A stretch of DNA of 61,021 nucleotides from Pocillopora damicornis (Eukaryota): assembly GCF_003704095.1 (NCBI RefSeq), contig NW_020845440.1, positions 1-61,021 on the forward strand. The letters are read 5' to 3'. This document shows, in pieces, positions 38,203 to 51,900 of this stretch. Position 1 is the stretch's first letter. Every line of letters begins with the position of its first letter. Both the position numbers and the translations under genes were made by a program. The notes below the pieces were generated by a model, which was not told the DNA's origin, did no database searches, and was given only the letters and a program-made list of their open reading frames with translations.

Positions 38203-39804
38203 TTGAAAGTCACTTCACAGAAATTACCTAGCCAGACGCAAAATGTAAATTGAAGTCGGAGCTTCGATCGACGCGGGGTCGTTTTCTGGGAAAAGTAACG
38301 TGTGTTTATCAGAGCTTCCTAATTCGAACTAGCGTGCATTGCGGCCTTTTGTGAGTTTTTACTTCCGGTTATGAAGGTACTGGTTGAACCCCATAACTTG
38401 AGTAGGATGATAAATATCAGCTAGTGAACGTTCCGAAAAAGACAAAAACGGGAACAAACTTTGCTCATTTACGATTGCTAGTTGTAAAAATACTTAATGC
38501 AGTGGGCCTGGACGAATATGGCAACTCATCAAACAAAGTATCAGAGAAATTTGATTGAGAAAGTCAATGTAGGGCCATTCTTGATAAGGAAAAAGTTGTC
38601 GTTCTTTTTATGTTGCTGAAGTTGTTTTTTTTGTTGTTGTTCTCTTTGTGCAATTGCGATAGCAAAAGAAGAAGCCGGAAATTGAATCGATGTCGAGTCC
38701 ATTCCTTTAAGTCCTTTAGAGTCTTGCAGACTCGTCTCTTGTTCGGAGACGAAATGGTCAGGTATAGCAAAGTTTATGGGGAGAAGAAAAGTGAAAAATA
38801 TTGCAATGAATCAATCAGTGGGATTCACCAGATATTATGCAACAGACTGGATGAAGATGCAATGAGTACCTTATTACGTGAATAAGTTAAGAGATTATTC
38901 TCTTCACTACTCATAATAGCATAAAAACAAAACAGACAAAACAGTGACAGACGGCGGAAATTGATACACCAAAGCGCTAGCAAATAGCAATTCAGCTCAG
39001 GCAGGACTGGGCTGATTAGTGTGATGGAGGAGCAGGTGCTTGCTTATGTGATTAACCGTTGAGATCTTTGAGACTGGTACTCCTGGAAGGTCAACACTTT
39101 GAAAGTTAGACTTCACGTGCGCTCTCCTGCTGAGTTGGCATTTGCATCTGAATGAAAGTTATTGTGGTGTGGCTTAGCGGAACAGTCATCTTAACCAGCC
39201 GTTCATTCAGCCGGATCAGCCAGTAGAGCTCCTAAATCACACCTGAATTTGCACAATTTTGTAAGCAAAAGAGTCTTCATCCCTGTAACCCAACTGTTAA
39301 CTAGCCTACAAAAACTGACTACTTTTAACTTTCGAAGCTAATTTCAATCCAACCTCTGAAGCTTTTCAAATTTGTTTCGAAAGGGGTCCGATATAAATTT
39401 CCTGTTGATAACAAAGAGTTCGAGTATGTCACTGGCTTAGGTTTCGCGTTTCTATAGCAACACTTATCTTTCGCTGAGGGTACACAGGCTGGCGGCTGGC
39501 GCGGATTGGAGTTGCATAGGAACTGACGTACAAACGATCCTCAGTCTTGTTGTGCAACCCGTGATAAATTTGCCAAGAATTAAAATTTTTATGAAAAGAT
39601 ATATGTTGATCGTAGTCAAGCAAAGGGCACTTGACAAACTTTAATTTTTGTTGAAGACATAACTGACCATGATTCAACCAAGGTCATCTTTTGTTTGCGA
39701 GTTGCGAGCTCGCATGTAAGCGGCTCGCACGCTTACTGCGCGTACGTGTGGTAGCGTTTTGCGGCTTGAGGGTCAAATCTTGAGAATGTTTTTGCGCAGG
39801 TGAT

Positions 39805-40293
39805 TTAGCAGGGTTGGTGGTCTTTTAGCAGATAATTTTTCGAAAAATGTCTTGATTTGTCTTTGCTATCGCTGGTGAACAGTTCAATTTTTGTCCATGA
39901 GGATAAAGAAGACTTAGTCAGGCATGCGGCGTAGTGTTGATATTGGTTATTTAAAGAATACAGTGTGTTTATGTCTTCTTTTTTAATTGAACGTACAACT
40001 TCGGTTAATATATTTTTAATACTGTGCCTATTTGCTTGTGTTGTATCAATTATTTGTAAGAGAAATTGAGTGTCTTTTTGCACTGGATAACCTTTTTTCG
40101 AAACAGCCTGAAAAGCCGGTGGGTGTATTACTTGGCGAATAAATCGAGTGATAGCGGCACTCGGTGGCACAACTTCTCTTGTATGGTGTGCAGCATTAGA
40201 ACCATGAACAAGTGTGAGAAAGGCCCGAGTCAATGACTGTCTTGATTGACCTGCACCATGTCTTAAATAATCGCTGTTACGACAGGCCACCAT
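39805..40293 (-). CDS. possible orphan protein, 162 aa
   Basis: Long open frame in AT-rich DNA. The ATG is in an aaaATGG context just after an acceptor-like cttcttttcag. No recognisable domain. Confidence 0.3.
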   Translation of the reverse strand: MVACRNSDYLRHGAGQSRQSLTRAFLTLVHGSNAAHHTREVVPPSAAITRFIRQVIHPPAFQAVSKKGYPVQKDTQFLLQIIDTTQANRHSIKNILTEVVRSIKKEDINTLYSLNNQYQHYAACLTKSSLSSWTKIELFTSDSKDKSRHFSKNYLLKDHQPC

Positions 40294-42552
40294 TTTATAA
40301 CAGCCACCTGAAAAGAAGCTCCCTTGCTTTTTCATTCGTTTTTTTTTTTTTTTTTAAAGCTCATGGTGTTCGTTGGTCTGTTTGTTTGTTTTTTCATGTC
40401 GTTTGTCGTCTTTGACTCGAAATTGCCAAGAATTCTATGGTTTAGAAATAGTTTGCCAAATCTGTCAAAGTATGCATTTAGTATTATGAATTATAATTTT
40501 TTTTTCAGAGCTCAGTTGAAAACATTATCATATGGCTACCGCTATGTTACAGGTGTACTGCGTGGAGAGGATAGAATCACGCAAAATTGCAAATTATCCT
40601 TGATATCTTTGTTATCAAAGTCATTTTGTCGCATCAATACATTTTTTCAATGTTGATATGTTTTTCTTAAGTACATTTTCCCAAATTTTCAATCAGTACA
40701 AAAAGCCGCAAACAAACTCAGCAAATATGTTGTTCGGTTACTAGCGCAAATGGTGCCAAGCAAACACAGACCCCAGGGAAAATTAAAATTAAATTTTATA
40801 GTTAGAATATAAAGGAATGATTTTTTTCTCATTAAAAAAAAAAAAAAATGAAACCAGGACAACTAAGGTAATCGAAAAACATTCGAAAGTGGCTTTGTGG
40901 TAAAAGAAAAAAAAGGAAAAAAGAAAGGAAAATCTGTGGTGTCTCAATTTTAATTCAAAACAATGAAAAGATAAATATTGATCTGTTTCTATCGATGATT
41001 TTTTTATTGTTTGTTGTAGGGGTCTGATATGGCTTCATTCATTTGCAAAAATGACCGTCGTTAACTCATGCCAAAATAACTTGCTAGTATTGTGGAAAGT
41101 GTGATTAAAATTTTTTTTCTACTCTTGCCGTGCTGTGAAATTTGACATTTAACTCCTCCACTAGTGTTGCGAATGATTAACTGGAAACAAAACCATAAAA
41201 TTAACTTTTGTCCACTAAGAAGAGATCTTCACAATGAGGGCGAAACTGCTTTGAACCGAGAAATAAGAAAAAACACAAATAAAAGAATCTATCGGAAGGT
41301 GCAAATGTCTCTTTCCTGTTACAAAGGCAACTTTTATTTTTACTCATGACAAGGTGACCAATGAATAAAGCCTGCTGAGGCTTTCAATAATTTGTTTTGA
41401 TCCTGCGATTTCCAACAGGGAAAGGAACCTTTTACAGCTTTTTAGCACTGCGCGCCAAAGAGTATTTGTAAACATAATTTTGTTTTGACAGCGAATCGCT
41501 AATTTGCCTCAAATCGATGTTAATCTAAAACTTAATAATTGAAAGCCGTCTTTATGTATGCAAAAACATCAGTGGCAACAGCGACTGATAAAAATCTTAT
41601 TTAATTTAAACTGTGGAATACTGTTTTAAAAGCATCTTAAAAGAAGCTCGTAACACCGTATCCGACATAGAAGATGAAAATAACATCTAAATATGCCCTT
41701 TATGTCAGTGATAACCTTATTTTCTTCTATAATGTGAATTTGCTTCATTCCTCTTTTTTTTTTTTAATTCTGGCAGCTGTTTCTCTTCAAGGTATTCTCG
41801 TAAGGTGTTATAAATATTCTGACTGAAACTTCTCTCGGTCAAATGTGCATTATTTATAACAATAGCTGAAGGTGTCTTCGTAGTTTTGCGTTTCTGAATA
41901 CTCGAGTGATACGTAGTCTATAAGTAAATACTTTCGACTCTCTCCATTCGTTTTGTATCTAATTCATGATGTAAAAACTCCCTTGGAACTTGACCAGAGT
42001 TAGGTATTGAGATTGAAAATGATGGAGTTTGGAGGTTGACGAGTCAGTGTGTTTGTTAAACGTTTTGAGGCTGTTTGTGGTCTTAAATGCGATAAGAAAG
42101 CGTTAAGGAAGCAATTCTTCTGAGCTGTTCCAGCTATTGTTAAACAAAGAAAAATTTCTGGCGGGTGTCGTAAAATTACTCGCTTAAATTTGCATCAGTG
42201 ATTAGTAATAATTTAAGAACCCGTTTCTTCGTCTCCTTCCCCTTGTTTTTCTTCAGTCCTCGGTCGTTCGCACCAAAGCACAATTAAAACAACTTCCGAT
42301 TCCTTGCTTCCAAAAAGCCAGTCAGATAACATTCAAATTTCTTAGGCAAACAAGACACAAGACAATGATCAGGTCGGAAATACTTTTCTTAGTTCTAATT
42401 ATTTATTACAAAACAAACAATTCATCGTCTTCAGTGGATTCTCATTTGAATGAATGGTTTAAAAAAAGAAAAACTAAAAACCATTTATTGTCATCTGTGA
42501 GTATTAATGATTGTTTTGTTTCACGGCACTGTGTGTAAAGCATTTCAAACGA

Positions 42553-43521
42553 TCAGCCGAAAAACTTCATCCACTGAACCAAAATGTCTGCATTTGCGGT
42601 GTATTTGTCTTCCTTCGATTCGTCGGAATCCAGCTCTTGGAGTTCTTCGTTTACAAGATATTCATTAGCGTTAACAGCAGTTGTGGCGCTTCCCTTTGCA
42701 GCTTCACTCTGTCTGTTCAAACATGGTAGACTACTTCGTCTATTGTAGATTTTTTCGCTGGGAGGGAATGATAAAGGGCGGCTATTTGATACCTTAGACT
42801 GAGCTTCTTTTATCTTGTGCTGCGTCGAGTGAAAAGGCACAGGGACGAGCGAAGACTTTCGCCGTCTCACAGGTTGGCCAGTCTGTTCATTATCAATTCT
42901 CGTTTTGGATTTGACACAGTCTGATAAGTTTTTCGTTTTGAGGCATGTAATTGACTCCTTACCTGTCGATTTACCTCGCCGTTCTCTAGAAACCCCTGAT
43001 CGATCCACGTTTTCTCTCGTGTAACACATCGGATCAGAATGACGTCGAGGCGTTACTACATCCGCAAGACAGCTCTCGCGAACCGAATACCTTGCCTCCG
43101 TGCTTTTAACCGAGGTTCTTTTGCAAAAGCCATTTTCACTTTCACTGCTGTCACTCGAAAGTAGCGATAAGCGATGAATAATATGCTGCGTCGCGATTCC
43201 ACCTGGCTCCGAATATCTGCGCTTACAAGGGCTCAATGCATTTGAGCAGCGCTTAATTCTTAAATATGAGCCGTCCCTGTAGATCGCTGGTAAGGACATT
43301 GTCCGAGGTCGACGGTAAAAGATTGGGGCGTCGTTTGCTGTGTTTTCTTCAACGTTAGTTGCGTAGGTGGACGGCGGGCACTCGTCGCCAGTTTCGGAAA
43401 TTGTGTTCAAATGCGTCGATTGTACGGAAAGCCGTCTTTCTGTTAGTCGCGGCTGAAAAACATTTCTTTCATGGCAGTTTAGTGGGTACGAAGTTTTTCC
43501 TCCAAAAATACTCTCCACCAT
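42553..43521 (-). CDS. uncharacterised Ser/Arg-rich, probably disordered protein (322 aa)
   Basis: Single 969-nt ORF, accATGG start context, raised GC, many RRxS motifs, and an acidic patch before a hydrophobic tail (DILVQWMKFFG). Confidence 0.8.
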   Translation of the reverse strand: MVESIFGGKTSYPLNCHERNVFQPRLTERRLSVQSTHLNTISETGDECPPSTYATNVEENTANDAPIFYRRPRTMSLPAIYRDGSYLRIKRCSNALSPCKRRYSEPGGIATQHIIHRLSLLSSDSSESENGFCKRTSVKSTEARYSVRESCLADVVTPRRHSDPMCYTRENVDRSGVSRERRGKSTGKESITCLKTKNLSDCVKSKTRIDNEQTGQPVRRRKSSLVPVPFHSTQHKIKEAQSKVSNSRPLSFPPSEKIYNRRSSLPCLNRQSEAAKGSATTAVNANEYLVNEELQELDSDESKEDKYTANADILVQWMKFFG

Positions 43522-46500
43522 GGTAAATTCAGTTGATCTGTGGTGTAACCAAAATCAGTGAAACTTTGATCTTAAAACATCTGCGACTGCTTCGAAAATC
43601 CGGCCGATCTGATTGGATTGTCATTTCAAATCTCGTGTAAATCTCTCAAGTTCAAAACCCACCTTATTTCTCTTGTAGTAGCTACGAAGGTGAACTCTGT
43701 TTTCCAAAACCACAAGGTGAAAATAACTCCAGCCTTCGTGAAAAAGTCTGAGACGTCCCACTTACACCGCAAAATCTTTCCTTGCGGTCTTATCTCGAAT
43801 CAAAAGATTCTTATAAATATTAACTATGCGGTTAGAATGCACATAAAATTAATAACAGCTAGCAAAAGTGATCTTTTTTTAGAACAGAACCAGTCAACCG
43901 TACTTCACTTGTCAAACGTGTTTTGAGTATGCGGCTATCTTGCCCGTATCTAGTCGCGTACTTAATGATACGTAAACACATTTGCACCAGTAATGACTTG
44001 GTTTTCAATGATTTTAGCCCTCATGGATGACCTTGTCATGGTAAAATTACCGTTTTGAAGATTCTTTCCTCACAACGAGAAATTTCTTGATTAAAAGTAC
44101 CATTTTTACTCGCACCTTATGTGTTTATCTTTTGCGAACGCCAGGTGATATAGAAACTAATGAATACTGCTAACTACACGTAACATTTTTCAATGTTTAC
44201 TTGGTTTTTGCTTGAAAAAAAACTAGAACTAATTTAGCGATAATCTTTGTTAGTGGCGGCGAATACTTGTCCTTTCAGTTTTTCCGGTTTGGCTTCAATT
44301 AACTGTGTCGATCCAAGAGATTATCCAGACTTGTTTTGCGGCAGTTTCGTTAACCAGCTCTCCTATTAAATGAGCTCCGAGACGTGAAAACATGCAAATA
44401 ACATTACGGCTAAATTTTTGGGGAAAATTGCTTTTTATCCGAGAAAATATAACAAGACTAACCTTGTTTTTAAATCGAACAGTTGACTCTCATTGTCGTA
44501 AAAATTTTATTTCAGTTGACCAAGATGAAAGGCCTTCAACGAAAACTAAGAAATAACAACTGAGAGAACCACTTAGACATTCAGTCGTCAAAGATGCACG
44601 AGTTTTTGTTTTATGGCAATCAAGCTGTATTCTAATATCTCTCACTTCTAAAAATATCTCTGAACAAATTAAAGTAGACGACTTGAATTTTTTTTATTCA
44701 TCAAGCATTCAATTCTATGATTGTAGCTCTCGGCTGTTTCAAACACATCTTCCTATAATCTTAACCTTCGTTACTTTCGTTATACGTCCTTCTTATACTG
44801 AATAATAAAAAATTACAGCTTACAAGTTTTTAAAGTTTTAAATTGCATCGTGACCTTGGCGAGTTAAATTTGTTCAGAAAATGAATACATTAGCTTCAAT
44901 ATTTGAAGAAGAGATTTTGGCTGGAGCAGTTTTGAACGATTTGTGTTCAAAGACACTTTTCACTTTTCTTATTAAAGACAAACCTACGAAGAACTTTCAG
45001 GGCGCCCAGTTCGTTATGAACTTAAACGATTGAAACATCGTCGAAACCTTGTAGAACGTTCTAGCCGCGGTTGCGATAACAATCTCAATTAAAATTCGTC
45101 GAGCAAATATCCATTCAGTTGACGAAGCTTATTTTAGATTGAAGCGTCACCAATGATTTTAATCATGTCCCCCGCTGACCATAAGGACCAGAAACACTGA
45201 GGGCAAGTTTCACTTTGAAGGTCAAACTCCTATAGCTTAAAGGCCTGGGCTGCTACAAGATGTTTTCTTCTAACGCTTGCTTTAACCCGCAAACAGAAAT
45301 CTTTACATTAACTTAAGAACAGAGTTGTAGTTAACACACGTGTCCTGATTATGCTTGTAAGATGTTGGAAAGTGGCTCACTGGAATGCCAAAATGTTGCT
45401 AAAAAATTGCTGCTCAAAAAAATTTCAAAAGCTGCTGCCGAAATTCTTGATATTTTGATAATTTAATTCAATAACTGCTAACATCCGCCAAGAAAAATAA
45501 CTTGAAAATTAGCTTTAAGGAGTTGCTCGCAATATGGGCGACATTTAGGGATAATGGTTCATTTGACGTCCTGCCGAGCGTTATTTCAGCCGATTACCGT
45601 TATAATATTAGATTAACATCGCAAAAGGTCTGCGAAACGTTCTCTGGTGACAGTTAATGCGTTAATTTTTTAAAAGATCGTCGAATTTTTCGAGCTTGAT
45701 ATATGTTCTAAACCTACATTTTGCTCAAAAGGCAAAAGGTTGCTCGAAGTTGCTAAAACCGCAAAAAGTTGCTTAAAAGCAAGCCGGTATAATTAGGACA
45801 GCCCTAATAGTTACTGCCTTCTCTTATCTTGATGGTGTTAGTTTATTGCGGCTATGTAATGCCAGGAGATCGGCTTTGAGGAGATGCTTTGGGATACTGA
45901 TGAGACCCTCTCTGAACTGTTTATAGATGGCGAAATAAGGGTGTTTCTGCCTTTTTCCGGCCGATTCTTAATTAATAGTGTTGAATTTACTAAAATCTTT
46001 CGTTTTTCACGAGAATTTGTTGAAATCTCGTGAGAACTAAATCGGCCTAAGACTTGGCACCTTTGTCAAGAATGAGGCGATCGCCGCATTCTTGGACCCA
46101 TATTTTCCTGAATCTGGTTTGAAACGGTTAACTATAAAATCCTACGGACTTAGTAAGCTCCACCATGCTGAATTGAGTTTCAGAGGTGTTTCATTGTTTG
46201 TATGAAAAATGGAAAAAATTACTGACGTCGCTTGGAATCGACCAAGAAAGCAATTGGAAACGGTCTATGTCTAAAGCCTTATATGAAAGAGTTATTTTCC
46301 AAAGTGGGGTAAATATCCACCACTTTCGCGGACACTTGGATGAATAATTGTTTTGTATATACCACACAGATACCCAAAAATTACCTTATTTCTCTCAATG
46401 TACCGAAAAATAGTCGGAGATTAAATGCTTGACGCGCGGTTTTGTCTCTTCGGCTGCTCGGAGGTGAATAGTACTTGCCATTCACATCTCAACTAGCCAA

Positions 46501-48932
46501 TCAGCGCACAAGTGTGATATGTACAAAATGATGTATTGAGATATTCAACTTAATTTCCTACAATAATGTTTTGCAAATAAATGAAATAAACCGTATTGTA
46601 ACCCTAGTGTCGATTATAACAAATAATGAAGCGATTCTCACGAGTAAATTGCAATCAAAGAAATTGCAGTAAAGAAGCCTGAAAAAAGTTGGGCCTCTTT
46701 TTTGCAATTTCTTTAACTGCAGCTCAACTGTGCTGAGAAGATCGGTTCGTCATCAATCAAAACTGTGACAAATTTTGTTTTTAAAGAAAGGTGGGTCAAG
46801 AAAATAATATGTGATCACACGAGGATTTTAATCTTAAGCCTTCATAATTTACCTTTCGTTGGCCGAAATATAACTTGTAGTTACGTTTAACAAAAACAGG
46901 TGGCCGTTTTCACGTTTCTTGACGCAAAATTCGTCGTTCTCATAACCGACGATTGTAAATTAAAAGTATATTTTTTTGTCCTGGCAAATATGATGTTGTC
47001 ACTAGTATTCTACTCAAAAGAAAGAAGTGGAAATTGTCAAATGAACGAAACAAGCTCCAAATACAACACCAGCATACTTTTAAGTGAAAAAGACTGTTTA
47101 AAATTAGAAATTTCCCTCTCAAGTGTTGACGTCTGAACGGGGGCTTGTGATAATGCCCGTTTATGATTTTAGAGAATATACAATGGGTAAGTGATAGCCG
47201 GCTACATGTACGTATTCCACATTTTCTCCCACAGGATGTTAGTGGAAATTAATTTCAGTTGTCTGTCTGAGTTTGCAGGTTAGTGCTTTTCCATCTTTTT
47301 ATTTCTGGAACTGTAAGAATCCCTTTCGATTCTTTAATTGATAATGTCAGTAGAGGTTTAGGTGGCCCTCGATTTAAACGTGACCCTTCAAATTTCGTTT
47401 ATTTGTGACTCAGCAAAAAATGCTCACGCTCTACTTCTTAATCCCATCAAATTTACAAGGGCTCACTTGTACACGAAGATAGAAATGTTGACTTAATCAG
47501 AATGTGGTTATATTTTTAGTTCTTACGATTTTTACGTTCAGTAGCCCACTTCCCATTTGCCTTTGTTTAGGTAATCTTACTGATTTGTTTTCGTGCTAGT
47601 CCAAAGGCTTAAAGAATCGAGTTTAGTCTGCTAGAACTTTTGTTCACAATGTACAGGATTATCTAGGGAAATTTTCCGATTTTGCAAGTTCTTATTTAGG
47701 TTATTCTACTCACATCTCTTGACGAACGGTGGACTCTCTTTGCGAAATGGTCAGCTCTCTTACATCCAATGTGATACTCGGATGTGTGACCGACGTAGTG
47801 CGTTGACTTAAGTAAGTTTAAGAAAGAAAAGAGTATCCTTGGTACACTTTCTTATTAGACGTAAATCAGTACAGCGAAGAGTTAAAATTTGGGAGTAACA
47901 TTTGTTTGTCTAGTATGATAAGGACGTCTCGATAATCTCTTTTTTCGTCTCGCTTCAGATTACCAGTATATTGGTAGACCAACGCACAAAAATTTCACTG
48001 AAGCGGATTATATATACCAGTTGTGTACTCAGTATTATTTTTTTTTATGGCTGTTACTATTTTCGACGATAACCTAGTTTCGTCTGCTAGACAATAATAC
48101 CAGATATTGTTTTGACCACGTGAACAAATGAAAACAAAATACATCCATATTGAGTTAAAATCGGAGATTACATTTTGGAGCTAGAGAAACCAACACAGGC
48201 TCCTCACTAACAACCACAAAAGAAAAATAATGATAATAATGATATAATCTGCAGGAAACAGGTTTAGTTGTAGAATAATCTGTACAAACGTGTGGAGGAT
48301 GCTGTCGTGGCCTTCGTTACCTCTCTTAAAGATCCTGTCTACCAGAATGAATAATTTTTCTCTCAAGGAATCTATAGGAGGTAAATTTCTAGGGGCGAGG
48401 GAGGAGAGGGGGGGTTTGCATTTTAACGGGTTGTGTTGTGTATTCATGTATTTACTACTCACACTTGAAAATTATTAGGTCACTTGATGAGGGTTATTGA
48501 TCCCCGGGAGTCACAGTGAAAGCAACACCAAATAAAAGCACTTTTGGTTAAATCTTGCTAATGTGGCAAAATATATAGATTTAACAAATCTTCACCATAC
48601 TGCGATTCTGGCTGACATGAATCGTGTACTAAAACGTAATTCTTAGAATAATTTTAAAACTGGAAATCTCCTGCTTCGTAGTCCAGGTGAGTTCAACCTC
48701 TCGTCACAACCACAGAAAAATGCGTTGCTTTAAGGCAACTGGGAAGCTCCCTGAATTCTTCAGCTTCCCCTCTTTAGGTTTGTGGATGAGTTTTACCATT
48801 ATTACACTTATTAAGCTGAGTTTACAAGTTCTAGCCCCTCAAATGACCATTTCCGAAGACTTCATCTATGCCCACGAGATCTCAGTGGTATGATGAACTG
48901 TCGATCTACCTTCTCTCAGTGGAAATAACACT

Positions 48933-51900
48933 CTACGGCAATAAATCCCGGATGTTCTCTCCCCGATCAATTCTCTTGTCAATTTCAACTAGTAAAGTCA
49001 CACTGTTGATAACTTGTTGAAGAATATCAACCTGCAAAATTATATTTAAAACAATTAGAAATAATCATCATTTCAATTATTGAACACCGGTGTTTTATAT
49101 ACTATACTACCTTCAAATTGAGTTTTGATGACGTCGTTTGCCTAACACTTGAACTCTTCTATGTGATTATGATATCACTTCTCACAATATCAATGCATCA
49201 TCGAGATAAATAGCGAAGACGTAAGACATTCATTAAGTAGATAGGGTGCCATGATTGCTTCAAATTCTCCGCCCGTAAAGGAAATAAACAACTACCAAAA
49301 ATGAAGTTGTACAATTAAATCTTGAAACTAAAGCTTCGCAATGGGCCTTGCTTACCATAGAGTCTCTGTGGCTTAGTGGTGGAGCATCGGAGTGCGGAAT
49401 CTGTAGGTCTGAGGTTCGATACCTCATGGGGATTCAGAATTTTTTCTTTGTCCCACGCTCGTGACAGGACAGAAAACAAATTTCTCTATTTCTTTACCGA
49501 GCATAAAAACTTGCAATCTCTCTTATTCTATTAATAAAAGCGTTATCTTGGTCTAAAAAGCGAAAATGTGAGATCCATCGCCAAAAGCGACCTAGAAAAT
49601 TTAAAAATTGGTACTGACATATCTCAATATCTCTCCTGAATATACTTTTCACACAACTGATTGATTCATCTTATGGTTCTATAAATAATTACCTCCGTCA
49701 GCTGCATTTTGTATTTATTTCGTATGCAGAACACGTCTTGAGCTTGTGGATCTACTGAAAATGGGTAACAAGAGTTAGCTCTATTTGTACTGCGGACACT
49801 ATCGAGTGGAAAGAACTGTGCGCTGTGCGGTTATACCCCGGGTTGGTGAAAGTCTACCAGACATGAAGCCCGAGGAAGTAACAGAACACAATAGAGAAGA
49901 GGGTTGGAAGAAGCAGGAACTTTCAAGAATTCAGATGTCACTGCTTTTGGCGCATTTTAATCTATCAATTTTAAAAGTGGAGAACGCGGAACGCATAGAA
50001 TCCTTTTTGTCTTTCATCTCAACTAACCACCACTATTACGAAGAGCAAAAAAAATATATCACCTCCGGCTTTACTGATAAGCAACAATTGAGATCGCCTA
50101 AGTACCAAATGCAACCTATTCCACTGTAACATTACTCAGTTCAGCTCTGATACAGAATCGGAAATAAAAATTATTCAACCTTTCAATTTAAATTGTTCTA
50201 TTGGTTTTGCTGTTACACGCTGTGACTGAGCGAAGCGGGGTTTGCCCCTCCACGGGGTTTTCCCCAACCGCCCCATAAATGGTAGTCCAGATTGCCGGTA
50301 ATACCTCCCTAAGTCGCACTTTACTGACCAGTGCTTTAATCACTCTGAGCTTCCTGATCAGCGCTCACGTTGAGTGGTTCATTTTCCTTTGAGAATCTCC
50401 AGCTCACCTGCCTCGTCTAGCTTCACTGGGAGTACATGTATAATGCGCTCAAATCTTGGATCCTTGAAAAATTTAGAGGTAAAGCACTAATATCAACAGT
50501 GTTACTTGCTAACACAAAATGGCCAACTCTTACAAATAGCATAACGGAACTTTATACTTGAATGAGTCTGTTTAATTCGACCGACTAAGATACGGGAAAT
50601 TCAGTGAAGCAATGAGCACAGGGTATTCCACAGCTTATGTCGTCTAACACTTCCCACCAAATGCCATTACTCTCCCACCTTGTGACGATGATTAGTTTGT
50701 AGAAATTAAACTTACCAACCTTGCAGAGTTTTGACAGCCGAACTTCTACTTCCACCTCAAGTCCGGTGCCGATGTTACGTGGCGAGCTTGTCAAATATCC
50801 ATATTTTGAGCTCCACATGAACTTCTTTTCATTTCGTTTTAAACCTTCCTCTATACTTGAGAGTATTTCGCTGTATCGCCTGAATGCCCTTTGTATATCC
50901 CCGCCAGTTTGAGTTATGACAACCTTCAAATGATCCTCGAAATTTATGAATATCTGACATTGTCTGTTCTCAGCTAACCACACGAACCTTCCATGAGGCC
51001 AATCGCGTGACAGCTGGGGCGGCAGTGAAACAAAGCTTGATCCATACTCTTCCATCGCAGAATTACTGTTTTGCCATGACACCGAGAGAAAAGAGTCCCC
51101 GATGTTTTCTGTGAAGACAAAGTAGTATATCTCATGTGTGATTTCTAAGAAATACTGACTTGCGAAATTTCCTTCAGAGCTCGAGTGAGCGAAACCAAAC
51201 GTCGTGATTATGATGAGTCAGGAAAATAAAAAAATAGAAAAACAAAAAGTAACGAAGATAGTTACAGATGGAGGAGATGAACACAGATTGCAAACGACTA
51301 TCTTTCTTCCATCAAATTTAGCGAAGAAAAACTAATGAAACGGAAAGTGACTGACTAAAACCCTCCGGCCGCTTTCTTCTCCGAGCAGTTAAAAACTCGA
51401 CTTAAAGTAATCACCTCAGCCAATCAAAACAAATGGGAATATTACAAGAAGGCAATGAGAACACAAAGTGAATTTATTTAATGCATACTGAGATTTACTC
51501 ACGAAAAAAAAAAGACCCGCTTAAATTTTTTACGAAATACACAACCAACCAATCAGAAGAGCGAACAACTGTGAAAATATATCGTTCGTCCTATCAGAGA
51601 CAAGAACGATAGTACTTTACAGTGGAGGGCAACAAGCACGCAGCTTTCTGTTAAAAAAAAATGGATGAAGACGTGCCAAGATTTGCTCTACATGAAGGAA
51701 CAAAAGATGACTCCATAGGTGAGCAAGAAACTGAAAGAACACCAGAGCAGAGACAGATAGAGACGTAAGACATTTTCAGTTATTTTAAAACCGAGGTTGT
51801 CCCATTTTCTTTCCAAGTTTTCATACTTCATAAATGTAAGCATTTGCAAATCCGCGATGCTATTCATAAATTGAAAAATTGAATTTCAAAAATATAAATT

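Noticed and set aside
38610-38885. Secreted peptide precursor (MLLKLFFLLLFSLCNC-DSKRR)
   Set aside because: The hydrophobic start derives from a T-rich low-complexity tract, and no repeated peptide or other support follows.
49360-49436. tRNA gene
   Set aside because: A and B boxes are present, but no clean cloverleaf is evident, and the head is fused to a body repeated at 24115-24212. This fits a SINE.
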